A stretch of 64,000 nt of DNA, from NCBI RefSeq assembly GCF_009914755.1, contig NC_060925.1, one strand, 5' to 3'. Positions 13,686 to 29,156 of this stretch are shown here, in pieces (the stretch's first letter is position 1; every line of letters starts with the position of its first letter). Under the pieces are notes generated by a model that saw only the letters and a list, made by a program, of their open reading frames with translations, ran no database searches and was not told the DNA's origin. The translations under genes and the position numbers were made by a program. The DNA comes from the human T2T-CHM13v2.0 reference genome, Homo sapiens.

Positions 13686-14039
13686 TTAGGGTATTTGTAC
13701 CATCAAAAAATACATCCACTTCTCCATCAGAGGCTGGTACTTAAGGTGGGTGAAATGTAAAACACTGTCAATTTCTCACCAAATAAATCTCTTTCTCTTC
13801 AACCTCAACTTCTTATGTAGACTAGAGAGGAGTGAATCACTGCAGCTGGCAGAACTAGTTTAGAACCTTGACCTTTGAAAGTTCAACATGAATGGTCTGG
13901 TTCCTCTCTTTAGAATGGGAAACATATTGTTTTGTTGTTAACTTTTCCAACAGTGCATCTTGTTGTCTACCATATCCTTTCTTGTATTATTACTGCTAGG
14001 GTATCTGTGACTTCCTTAAGACAGAGACAATATCACTCC

Positions 14040-14620
14040 TTTTTTTGGAGACGGGGTCTCACTCTGTCACTTAGACTGGAGTGCAGCAGCCTAATCTCAT
14101 CTCACTGCAACCTCCACCTCCTGGGCTCAAGCCATCCTCTCACTTCTGTCTCCCAAGTAGCTGGGACTATAGGCAGGCACAACCACACCTGGCTAATTTT
14201 TTTTTTTTTTTTTTTTTTTTTGAGACAGAGTTTTGCTCTGTCACCCAGGCTGGAGTGCAATGGCGCAATCTCAGCTCACTGTAAACTCTGCCTCCCGATT
14301 CTCCTGCCTCAGCCTCCCGAGTAGCTGGGATTACAGGCACACTCCACTGCGCCCAGCTAATTTTTGTATTTTTAGTAGAGACGGCGTTTCACCATGTTGG
14401 CCAGGCCAGTCTTGAACTCCTGACCTCAGGTGATCCACCTGCCTTGGCCCCCCAAAGCGCTGGGATTACAGACATGAGCCACTGCGCCCAGCCAATTTTT
14501 GTATTTTTTGTAGAGTTTTTGCCATGTTGCCCAGGCTGGCCTCAAGCTCCTGAGCTCAAACAATCTGCCAGCCTTGGCCTCCCAAAGTGCTGGATTACAT
14601 GGATGAGCCACCCTGCCTGG
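14040..14620 (-). mobile_element. AluJ with an AluS (~14197-14492) inserted in its A-rich linker
   Basis: Order is right arm, T25 plus full second Alu, then left arm; outer TSD gaca(a/g)tatcactc at ~14026 and ~14620. Confidence 0.9.
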
Positions 14621-15379
14621 ACAGTATCACTCATCCTTATTTTCTCTGCAGTGCCTGGAGTCACTGACGACAAATCATAAGCACTTGGGAAATTTAATTT
14701 TAAGGAGAAGCCAACTTTTCCCTTCCTGTGCACATATTACCCACCCTTCAGTCCTGGATAAGGCTACCTTTTCCATGAAGAATTCCCTTCTATTTCAGCC
14801 CCATTATTTTCTCCGTGTCTCTGAACTCTGAAACTTTGTTCATATGATGCTTATGTCATCATGTAAATTTTTCTTTACCTTGCCTCTTCAGTACAGACTT
14901 GAGCTCTTTATGGATCATCTTATACTTACTTCTTTAGAGACATTCTTATAAAATATTCAATAAATATTGAAACAAATGCTGTGCTAACTCAGATAAAAAA
15001 TCATCTCAGCTATATGTATTTCAGAAGGAGCTACTTCTTTTTTTTTTGCTTGTGTTGTGTAACATTAAACTAAAAATAATTCAAACAAGGATCATCCTGA
15101 AATGTTAGAGCAAGAGAGAACTTTAGAGATGATCAGTTCCACACAGTTTACTCCATTGTAATGAAGTGGCATCTTACAAATGCTGCCTCCCTTCACCCTC
15201 TGCTGACCATTCTAGAAACTGCACCTTTTAAAATCTCATTGCAGAATGACTATCATTCCTGTTTTTTCCATGCTCCTGAAATTGTTTTTCAAGAGTCAGG
15301 TTTAAATGTGTTCTATATAATGGCACTTGTTCACGCTCCAGAAAAACTAAGACTCTATTACCCACAGGGAATATTTGAG

Positions 15380-15600
15380 CACTTGAGTTCTAGAGCCAAA
15401 TTGCTTATGTTCATAAGTTAGTCCTTCTGCTTCTGGCTCAGACAAGTTACTTAACATCTCTGCTGATCAGTTTCTGATCTAAAAAATAAAAACAACAATA
15501 ATAATGGTGATCTTTAAAAGTTGCTGTGAGGCTAAATCAATTAGTGTCTGCAAAACACTTAAAACAGTTCCCGAAAACAGCAAGCCCTCATTATTATTTG
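15380..15600 (+). mobile_element. MIR SINE
   Basis: gacaagttacttaacatctctg...cagtttctgatct...gttgctgtgaggctaaat. Confidence 0.7.
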
Positions 15601-15806
15601 GGGGTGCTGGTAGTAGTTGTGATTAATAACTTTTATACCAATGACAAATATTTCTTGTTTGTTCATTTTAGCAGGCTAAACTGGAAAAGCTATACACACA
15701 CTCTGATCTATTCATCTTTAAATCCCTAGTATTCAGCATGGTGTCTGGGACATAGTAATTACTCAACAAATGTTTGTTGAATAAAGTTTATAAATAATAT
15801 GATTAC

Positions 15807-18479
<2,673 letters not shown>

Positions 18480-18555
18480 TGCAAGCTCTGATTTACACTC
18501 AGTCCAAATCTTGACTCTGCCATTTAATAGGTATGAAACTTAACTTTGGGGAGGG

Positions 18556-18848
18556 ATTATTTATGTATTTATTTTTAACTTGTTTAAATTTATGGGGTAC
18601 AAGTGTAAATTTGTTACATTCATAGATCGTGTAATTGTAACGTCAAGGCTTCAGGGTATCCATCACCTGAATAACATACATTTTCCCCATTAAGTAATTC
18701 CTCATCATGCACCCCTGCCACACCCACCCATTCACCCCTCGGAGTCTCCTTTGCCTATCATTTCACTCTCTACATCCATGTTTACACATTTTTTAGCTTC
18801 CACGTATGAGTGAGAACATGCGATGTTAGGCTTTTTGTGTCTGGCTTG
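18556..18848 (-). mobile_element. L1MA-type 3' end inserted in a MIR (~18490-19010)
   Basis: Reverse L1 3' terminus; TSD tgaaacttaacttt at ~18534 and ~18849; MIR motifs continue on both sides. Confidence 0.75.
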
Positions 18849-19649
18849 TGAAACTTAACTTTTCTGAACTGTTATCATATATATAAAATGATGGTGATTA
18901 CAGCTCACACTTCCTAAGACTGTTATAAGAATTAAGATATTATATACAAGAAAAGCACTTACAATAAGATCTGGCACAGAGTAAACAATAAGTAAATGTT
19001 AGATAATATTATTTATAAAGATTTCCCAAAGTAATATTTATAAAGTATAAGCAGACTTGTAAGAGCATCTGACATACCTGAGTTTGAATTCTGACTCTAC
19101 CATTTGCTAGATATAGGGATTTAAACATGATACTTAGCCTGTAAACCCAAAATCCTGATTTAGAATTCAGATAATACTACTTCCTTTCTGTTTTAAGAAG
19201 TAAATGAAATGGAGTGTATAAAACAACACTGTGCCTGAGGAACTGCAATCATTTAATAAATGACTAGTTTTGTTTTGCTGATGTAGTTCTTGTTTTTATT
19301 ATTAGCTTTGCCAATAAGGAATTTTAATCCAGATAAGAAACAAAGAAATAAATAACTACAGTATAATGCAAGTAAATGTCATGGAAATAATAAAGTTAAC
19401 AAATGCTTTGACAGTTTATGAGTAGGAATGATCAGTGTGAGCTGCAGTAATAAAGAATACTTTCTGAAACAGATAACATTTCTATAAAAGAAAATAGAGA
19501 ATAGGTAGATATCCCAGGCAAAAAGAAGTATGACCTCAGGAAAGGTAAACCAAAGCACAAAAGCAGGAAGAACAAGGCTTATTTGAGCAGTAGAGAAAAT
19601 GGGCACAATTAGTAGATTTATTATAAAGATATTCATCAAATTATTAATC

Positions 19650-19785
19650 CAGACCTGCACTGACCAATATGGTAATCATTAGCTGTATGTGACTAAAGAG
19701 TTCTCGAAATATGGCTAGCATAACTAAGGGACTGAATTTTTAATTTAACATAATTTTAACTAATTTAGATTTAGAAACTGAAACA
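19650..19785. mobile_element. hAT-Charlie (MER3/MER33-like) fragment
   Basis: cagacctgcactgaccaatatggtaatcattagc terminal motif. Confidence 0.55.
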
Positions 19786-19787
19786 GT

Positions 19788-20338
19788 TCATAGGAGCCAG
19801 CAACTCCATTCCTCAGTATATATTCAAAATAATTAAAAACAAAAACTCACACCAATACTTGCACAAAAATGTTCATTGCAGCACTATTCACAGTAGCCAA
19901 AAGGTGGAAACAACCCAAGCATCCATCAATATATGAGTGGATAAGCAAAATGTGGTCTATACATGCTATGGGATATAATTCAGCCATAAAAAGAAATGAT
20001 TCTGATACATGCCACAACACTGATGAACCTCAAAAAACATTATACTAAGTGAAATAAGCCAGACCCAAAAGGACAAAAATTGCACTTACATTAAGTATCT
20101 AGAATAGTCAAAGTCATAGAGAGAAGAAGTAGCGTAGAGGTTACCAGGGGCTAGTGGAAGTGAGGAATGGAGAGTTATTGCTTAATGGGTACAGAGTTTC
20201 TGTCTGGGTGATGAAGAGTGTTTGGAAATAATGGTATGGTTGTACAACACTGTGAATTTAGTTAATGACACTGAATTGCAACTGAAAAATGTTTAAAATG
20301 ACAATATTTTTGGTGATATATATTTTATTACATTAAGA
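19788..20338 (+). mobile_element. L1MB-type 3' end
   Basis: atgttcattgcagcactattcacagtagccaaaaggtggaaacaaccc...gcttaatgggtacagagtttctg. Confidence 0.85.
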
Positions 20339-21391
20339 AATTAAGCAGAGTAAAATATTTTTCTGATAAACATATCTTCATTGTATTTAAAGTTTATCAA
20401 TTCCGGGTCAAACTGGGGGAGTGGAGAAGACAAATTAAAAAATATTTTATTGGGAAAATTTATAAGAATTGAAACATGGGAATACCCACTATACACAGAC
20501 ATGCCTTTAAAAGGACTATCCATGAGATCCCCTTAAATTAGCCTCTTCCAAAAAGATATTAAAATAGTGCTTGAAATTTTAATTCAAAAGTATAGTGAAT
20601 TTCTTTCCCTCTATTACCTAGTACCTCACTGATATAAATCTGCCTATGCAGTTGACATAGTTTTGCCAAATTATTGTATATTCTCTTGACCTTCCTTCTT
20701 AAAATATTTATTATAATTGTGTAATAATAGCTAACATTTACATGGCAATTGTTGTATTAACTCTTTTAATCCTCATGACATCTCTATGCAGTAAATATGA
20801 TACAAAATAAAAAGACTTAAATAATATGACATCATTTATTGTCTTATTATAATATTAGAAGCTAATAGTACGATTAAAGCAAGTTTCATGTTTCAAGTAT
20901 AGTGACTCTGATGGCCATCACTGCTCCAAAATCACACAAGTGAAACATAGAAGCATTTGTATGATTTAACATAGTAAGTAGAATCTAGTTTTAATAGCTA
21001 TTTTATAACCTGAAATGTATTTATTCTTATAATAACAAACACAGTGTTAATATGTATTAAAGTTGTAGGATCTTAATATCAAAACAAAATGAAATAAAAC
21101 CTGCAAGGAATCAGGAAAAGTTCAACACTGTCCCATGAGGATTTATAGTGAGGAAAGTGGTGCAGTCTAGGTTTAACTAAGGTAGGAAAGCCAACGAAAG
21201 AGCCCAGGCTGTGTTACACAGAGACAGCAATTGAATATACTCCACAGCTGAAATCATAAAGTTTCTCAAGCAACCCATTAATAATTAAATTTGCTTTCTC
21301 TGATAAATCTTGTCAGCCTGCTCCAAGGAAAACGGTCCTTCTTTCTTTGTAGTTTTCAGCCAATCAACTTGCCCATGGACAAAAAACAAAA

Positions 21392-22005
21392 TTCATTATT
21401 TTTATGACTATACATAGCTTTCCACTATGTATATTTACCACATTTTCTTTATCCATTCATTCATTTTCGACACTTAGATTCATTCCAATATCTTGGCTGT
21501 TGTGAATAGTGCTGCAATAAACATGAGAATGTAGATATCTTCTGCCAATTGCAACAATATGAATGAACCTGGAGGACACTGTGTTAAGTGAAATAAGCCA
21601 GGCACAGGAGCACAATTATCACATAATCTCACACGTATGTGGAATCTAAACAAGTTGATTCATGTAACTGGAGAGTAGATGAGTGATTTCCAAGGGCTGA
21701 GGTGGATGGGGGGAAGAGAGTTGGAAAGATGTTGGTCAAAGGATATGCAATTTCAGTTAGTTGAGAGGAATAACTTCAAGAGATCTATCATACAACATGG
21801 TTATAGTTAATAACAATATACTGTATTCTTGAAAAATGCTAAGATAGTGGATGTTAAGTGTTCTCACCACAAAATGATAACTATGTGAGGTAATGCATAC
21901 GTTAATCAGCTAGATTAGGTGAATCCACAATGTATGTATACATCAAAACATACTGTGATAAACACATGTAATTTTATCTGTCAATTTAAAACAAAACAAA
22001 ACAAA
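21392..22005 (+). mobile_element. Short L1MA (MA8/9-like) 3' end with 5' inversion
   Basis: 21392-~21540 is reverse L1 and ~21541-22005 is forward L1 that resumes at the adjacent consensus position; aaacaaaatt on both flanks. Confidence 0.75.
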
Positions 22006-22717
22006 ATTATTGTTCTACCAGTCTATAGTTCATGTTTTAATAAAGCCTTCTTTACTTTTGTTCCATGATAATCAACCTATGCTTGATACAGGGAAAATAC
22101 TACCTCTCTCAAATCTAAGTAAACTCAGCTCAGTTTCTAGCCAAACTAAATACCTCTAAATTATTCTTTGACTGTTATTCCGATAAGCCTCTGAGCCCTT
22201 AGAAGCATGCAGCCTAAGAAAGTTTTTCATCCAGACCCACCGTGTTCTGTCTTGCCTTTGCTCACTTCCCCAGTGCATGCCATTATACAGGGATCAAACT
22301 CATGGGCTTTTACATGCTAAACCTGGCTCTTAGCCATGTGTGTTTTTGTTCACAGTTGCAGTTGAATTAATGTTGGGAAATTGTTTTCTATGGTCTCTGA
22401 CAAGTTACAGGTAACTGGGAATCTGCTTGGCCCTTTATCTTTGTTTAGTTGTTTGTCTGACTGTCATAGAAATTCTGATATCTCCTGATATCTCTTAACC
22501 AGATGATGAGATAAGGGGGTAGTCAGATTTGGCTGGCCTCAGCCTTGGGGTTGAGGAATTGCCCTTGTCACATCTGCTTGATTTGTTAACTTTTCCAACC
22601 ATTGAAAGAAACTTCATGTTGTTTGTCTTATGATCTATAATTGCTTTGGTCAGTTATTTTTAGGTCGTTGTACTGAAAGGGGGAAAAGGCCTTTTACTTT
22701 CCTTAGAAAATAAAGAT

Positions 22718-23170
22718 ATGTAAGTTATTTGTTACTGTGTGGCAAACCACCCCAAAACACAGTGCCTTGAAACAGCAACAGTTTCGCCAAATTTTTGTTG
22801 AGTTTCTTCTGCTGATCTTGCCAAGCCTAACTCATGTGTTTGTAGTCATCCCTGTATTCAGCTGGGGCTGGATGATATCATACAACTTCTCTTACATGTC
22901 TACAGTCTCAGCTTGGATGGTTGGACCAGCTAAGCCAGCTGGGTCTCTCTCTATGAGGTCTTTCATCCTGGCTTCTTCACATGGTGGCAGAAGTGCTCCA
23001 AGAGAGCAAGCCCCAGTGCACACATGCTTATCAAGCCTTTGCTTGCTGTATATCTGCTGATATCTTGTTGGCTGGAGCAAGTCAATGGTCAAGCCCAGAG
23101 TAAATGTGACAGGGACTACACAAGCATATGGAGACAGAGAAGTGTGATTCATTGGGAAACCATCACAGAA
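22718..23170 (-). mobile_element. MLT1-family MaLR LTR
   Basis: ttactgtgtggcaaaccaccccaaaacacagtgccttgaaacagcaac...ggagcaagtcaatggtcaagcccaga. Confidence 0.7.
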
Positions 23171-23844
23171 GGAAGCTTGTCTTTATAATAGTCTGTTTAT
23201 AATGGTAGTTCTTTCTGTACCTGTGAGTGATTCTACCTCTCATTCTCTCTCTCTCTCTGGGGGAAATTTTGAATATTAATTGATCATAACAATCTATCAT
23301 TTGTGCATGCTATAGAAATATCCAGTTCAAACAGACCTTCATAGGAAGAAGATGCATGCAAATATTAAAACCAGTTTTTCATGGATCATGAAGTAGAGTT
23401 GTGCCTTCTGAAAGAGCTTTGCTTGGTTTGTATTACAATTGTATGCAGGCTCGAATGTCCTTAAAATGGGAATAATTGCTTCTGGCTTGTCTGGGGCTTC
23501 ATGGCCTTCTGAGGAAACTAAAGGATTCAGAGTACATGAATTTTTTATTCTTTCCTCTTGGAAAATATTAATAAATAAAAAAGTCCCACGGAAATAGTCA
23601 CAAATGAGCCAAGTGAAGATGTGAGGAAGAACTTCATGTGAACTACGACAAAATATTATAAAATCTTACAGTAGAACCCATAAGTTGATCATGTCTGAAC
23701 AAGTCTTCCCCAAAAAGGACATAATAAAATACAAAGAAAGGCAACTTTAGACTCTCCCAGAGTTCTTTCCTTGCCCAGAGATATGACAAGATACTTCTGC
23801 TGAGTATGAAACATTTTCTAAACAAATGGCATATTTGTGTCTAT

Positions 23845-25134
23845 TACTTTTTTATTTTTAAATATTTTATTATATTTGAATAAAATTTGTCTCCATCATA
23901 ATCTTACATGTTTAAAGCATTTAAGAACACTACTGTTAAAAAAGAGTCCATAGGCTTCAGACTGCCAAAGATGTTGGTGGTGCAAAACATGAGGAATCTC
24001 TTAACATTAGTATCGTCTCCGGGCATAAACTCTTCATGTGTATATGAGCTTGATTTTTGTACATTGCTTTGTGGAGAATAAGCACTACTTCTACTGCCAA
24101 TCTTTCTAAAGAGTCTTTGACTTCCACTGCCAGCAGAAGTTGGGTAATAAATGTAAACATTGTGATCTTCTGCACTGACTGGCTTTTCTACAAATGGCTT
24201 TTGAAAAACTTCCTCATTTACTTCTACATGATCTTCCCCTTCAATCAGATTACATTCTTTGGGATTATTTGGGTCATGGTTCAAAATTGCATAACAAGGA
24301 AGTAAAATAGCTTCAGCTTGAAGAATACTATATACCTCTCTCCAATCTTGTATGAGATACTGCATATTCAAGTCATTGATTACAAATGGATTCCTGAGTT
24401 TTGCATAGGCAACCACTTTGTCCAGTGGAAATCCTTTAGAGTGGAAAGAAAAAAGACAATCACATAAAGGCCAGTTTTCCACTGGTTCCCTCAAAATAAC
24501 CTCCTCTTCAAATACCACTACTGTGATATATTTAAATAAGGAGACCCATTCAAGAATTTCCTTCATTGGTTTGGATTTGGATTTCTTTGCCATGGAACAT
24601 ATTCCAACCACAATCTGCCTTTCTGGTGGAGAATCATCTTCCTCCTCATCATCTTCATCTGCATGGTGGAAGAAATGTTGATAATTTCCAGGATTTATTT
24701 CTGTGTCTTCTGGTCCAATGAAGAATCTGGGGGCTTCACTAATTTTTTATTTTATTTGATGTAGATATAATTGAAGTGATATATATTAAAACTGCCTGTA
24801 AATAAATAGCATCAGAAGAAAGCATTCTCCTTATGTTAGCTGACACACAGGTCTGTGACAGCTTGTTTCTGCTTATACAATCACTTGATATTATGATGAC
24901 TTTTGGCAAATGCTCTTTTGTTCTTAGATACCATTGCTTCATTGTTGATATCAAAGTTGTTGTTGCAATTCAAAATACAAAGACAGTGAGGCTACTGCTT
25001 TCTTGAGTTGATACAGCAATCTTTTTACCTGCCACGAATATGGTCATCACGTGAGCAGCTGTGAGATGGTCAAGCCCATTCAGGTCTAGGTTTCCCCCTT
25101 TCATTCTGGAGGCAGGGCTGAAGTGTTCATCAAG
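23845..25134 (-). pseudogene. PPIP5K2: Processed retrocopy of PPIP5K2 (5' UTR, codons 1-248, alternative 3' end)
   Basis: Intronless translation (I)[20 protein letters not shown]...[19 protein letters not shown]...[20 protein letters not shown]...EEFMP..TNVK matches the PPIP5K2 N-terminus. 12-bp TSD atttgtgtctat at 23833-23844 and 25135-25146; AATAAA (minus) at 23866-23871; short A tail; start codon is ATT (24741-24743). Confidence 0.93.
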
Positions 25135-26175
25135 ATTTGTGTCTATGTCTGAAAAAAAATTTAATTTAATTATAAAGTCTCATGGTTAAACGAATTCCTA
25201 TTCTGATTGACTTATAGAGACGAATAAGAAATTCAATAATCTTCAGGAAGAAGAGAGAAAAATTTATATCCTAATGTTTTAAGTGTGCTGACCATTTATA
25301 AAAGCTTGAGAGGCTTGCTGAAGCCATAACTCAATAAAACAAGAAGGAGAAGTATGAGGAGGAGGAGGAGGAGCTTACTATAAATTAAATTAATGGCCTT
25401 GGTTGCAAAGTCTCAAGAGGCAGAAAAATATAAGTAGTTATCAGTTTGGAAAACAGTGGGGGTAGGGGAGAATTCTAAGAGAACAGTACTTTTAAACAAA
25501 AATTGGAAAGTTTTAATATTTGGTAAATACAGAAAAAATTGTAAACAAATAAGTTTAGGTTATATTTCTATCAAGGCGAATCACTGGACAAATTAAATTG
25601 GTTTGGTAATTTGGCTTTAAAAATAGCTACATGTCTTCCCCTGATTTCATCACAGTGTGAAAAATGTTGGCATATTATTTTCTCATGAGAAACTTAATTA
25701 ATTCTGATTTGCTAGATTTCCTATACTGATTTTTACTTCCATTAACTGTTAAAAATTATAAAATTATCATTCAACCATCTTTGGAAAGATTTGCTCTTGT
25801 GAGCTTCAGATAATACCATAAATCATATAGATCTAGTAACTTTACTTATACTACCTATATCAAATTTTAAATATCATATTTGTCTGATGAACTGTTTTAA
25901 GATCAAAAAGGATTGTGTTTCTCTTTAATGTCAACCTCAAACAATTTCCAAAATCTCTGGCTGACTTCAAGACCCCAGACTATTGTTAAACTAATTAATT
26001 TCATTAAAATAGTCTTTGGTTATCTGGATATTTTCTAAGTAGAACTAAATTCATAAATATAGAATATAAAAACAAGCAAATATCGTTTAATTATATGTAT
26101 ATATCTTATTCATTTACATTCTAGATTGTCCATTAGTTAACATGATAGAAAAAAGATGTGTAAATACCTTTAGGT

Positions 26176-26539
26176 CATTGGTTTGGCTGTGTCCCCACTG
26201 AAATCTCATCTTGAATTATAGCTCCCATAATCACCATGTGTCATAGGAGGGGCCCAGTGAGAGGTAATTGAATCATGGGGGCAGGTTTTTCCCATGCTGT
26301 TCTCAGGATAGTAAATAAGTCTCACAAGTTCCCATTGTTTTATAAAAAGGCAGTTCCCCTGCATGTGCTCCCTGGCCTGCGGCCAAGTAAGACATGGTTT
26401 TGCTTTTCCTTAGCCTTCCATCATGATTGTGAGGCCTCCCCAGCCATGTGGGACTGTGAGTCCATTAAACCTCTTTTCTTTATAAATTACCCAGTCTTAG
26501 ATATGTCTTTATTAGCAGCATAAGAACAGACTGAAACAG
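26176..26539 (+). mobile_element. THE1C/D solo LTR (MaLR)
   Basis: tggtttggctgtgtcccc...gaggcctccccagccatgtgg...attaaacctcttttctttataaattacccagtc. Confidence 0.9.
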
Positions 26540-27282
26540 TAATATGAGTATACATGGTCATTTTTTCTACTTCATAAAATATAGAAAAGATATAGAAGCG
26601 TGTTCACAGAACATTAACAATCTTCACTGGAGTTCATTCAGGGCTAAAACACTTGTCTATGATAGACAGTTCTCAGTTATCTACATCCTAATTGTTCTGT
26701 GACTGTGCCCATTCACTAGTTAGTTGCTTTTGTTAAAAGATGTAAATAAAATAATGATATATTCATTACAAAGCAATAAATATGCAAGATAATGGACATG
26801 TTTTATCCATTTGTCTATCAAGGGAACTGGTAAAATTTTACTAAGATAGGAAAAAAAATTTAGCATATGCATTGTTTTATGTATTAATAAGGCAAGTGTA
26901 TTTTGAAGCTACAGTCAAGAGTTTTAAATGTGTCATTTAACCATATGTGCATTTATGTATATTTAAAAATATACATACAAAGTTGTAATAAATTAGTAAA
27001 CAAAAGATATAAATAATAAACAAGGGATCAGAGAAACAATTGGCCTATAAGTATAGTTTCAGTGCCTTTGTCATACTATTGAATGACTTTTTAACAAAAG
27101 TTCACCTCTAAAAAAGCTAATGTTTCTAACAATTATTCTAACTTGCTTTTACTATTTTTACTATTATAGTGGAAAAAAGATTTATTTCTTCACCCATCAC
27201 AGGGTTCATGGCTGATACACCTGTAACAAAATACAAATTAACAACAAAAAAAAGCCTAACAAATTTATTCAATATAAGTCTT

Positions 27283-29074
27283 TATATATATATATATTTT
27301 TTTTAATTATACTTTAAGTTCTAGAGTACATGTGCACAACGTGCAGGTTTGTTACATATGTATACATGTGCCATGTTGGTGTGCTGCACCTATTAACTCA
27401 TCATTTACATTAGGTATATCTCCTAATGCTATCCCTCCCACCTCCCCCCACCCCACAACAGGCCCCAGTGTGTGATGTTCCCCTTCCTGTGTCCAAGTGT
27501 TATTGTTCAATTCCCACCTATGAGTGAGAACATGCGGTGTTTGGTTTTTTGTCCTTGCTGAGAATGATGGTTTCCAGCTTCATCCATGTCCCTCCAAAGG
27601 ACGTGAACTCATCCTTTTTAATGGCTGCATAGTATTCTATGGTGTATATATGCCACATTTTCTTAATCCAGTGTATCATTGTTGGACATTTGGGTTGGTT
27701 CCAAGTCTTTGCTATTGTGAATAGTGCCACAATAAACATACGTGTGCATGTGTCTTTATAGCATCATGATTTATAATCCTTTGGGTATATACCCAGTAAT
27801 AGGATGGCTGGGTCAAATGGTATTTCTAGTTCTAGATCCCTGAGGAATCGCCACACTGTCTTCCACAATGGTTGAACTAGTTTACAGTCCCACCAACAGT
27901 GTAAAAGTGTTCCTGTTTCTCCACATCCTCTCCAGCACCTGTTGTTTCATGATTTTTTAATGATCGCCATTCTAACTGGTGTAAGGTGGTATCTCATTGT
28001 GGTTTTGATTTGCATTTCTCTGATGGCCAGTGATGATGAGCATTTTTTCATGTGTCTTTTGGCTGCATAAATGTCTTCTTTTGAGAAGTGTCTGTTCATA
28101 TCCTTCGCCCACTTGTTGATGGGGTTGTTTGTTTTTTTCTTGTAAATTTGTTTGAGTTCATTGTAGATTCTGGATATTAGCCGTTTGTCAGATGAGTAGA
28201 TTGCAAAAATTTTCTCCCGTTCTGTAGGTTGCCTGTTCAGTCTGATGGTAGTTTCTTTTGCTGTGCAGAAGCTCTTTAGTTTAATTGGATCCCATTTGTC
28301 AATTTTGGCTTTTGTTGCCATTGCTGTTGGTGTTTTAGACATGAAGTCCTTGCCCATGCCTATGTCCTGAATGGATGGTATTGCCTAGGTTTTCTTCTAG
28401 TGTTTTTATGGTTTTAGGTTCTAACAATTAAGTCTTTAATCCATCTTGAATTCATTTTTGTATAAGGTGTAAGGAAGGAACCAGTTTCAGCTTTCTGCAT
28501 ATGGCTAGCCAGTATTCCCAACACCATTTGTTAAATAGGGAACCCTTTCCCCATTTCTTGTTTTGGTCAGGTTTCTCAAAGATCAGATAGTTGTAGATGT
28601 GTGGTATTATTTCTGAGGACTCCGTTCTGTTCCATTGGTCTGTATCTCTGTTTTGGTACCAGTACCATGCTGTTTTTGTTACTGTAGCTTTGTAGTATAG
28701 TTTGAAGTCAGGTAGCATGATGCCTCCAGCTTTGTTCTTTTGGCTTAGGATTGACTTGGCAATATGGGCTCTTTTTTGGTTCCATATGAACTTTAAAGTA
28801 GTTTTTTCCAATTCTGTGAAGAAAGTCGTTGGTAGCTTGATGGGGATGGCATTGAATCTATAAATTACCTTGGGCAGTATGGCCATTTTCACAAAATTGA
28901 TTCTTCCTATCCATGAGCATGGAATGTTCTTCCATTTGTTTGTATCCTCTTTTATTTCATTGAGCAGTGGTTTGTAGTTCTCCTTGAAGAGGTCCTTCAC
29001 ATCCTTTGTAAGTTGTATTCCTAGGTATTTTATTCTCTTTGAAGCAATTGTGAATGGGAGTTCACTCATGATTT
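27283..29074 (-). mobile_element. 5'-truncated L1PA4/5-like element
   Basis: ORF2 C-terminal frames and 3' UTR; tail decayed to (TA)n; TSD ataagtctt at 27274-27282 and 29077-29085. Confidence 0.93.
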
Positions 29075-29156
29075 TAATAAGTCTTAACGTGACATGAGAA
29101 CCTTCAGAAATGAAGGCCCAAAGAAATAGGGAAGCCTGTGTATTTCTATGGACAGT

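Noticed and set aside
23845-25134. circRNA-derived origin of the PPIP5K2 copy
   Set aside because: Exons are collinear, the sequence after codon 248 does not repeat the 5' exons, and a poly(A) signal and TSD are present.
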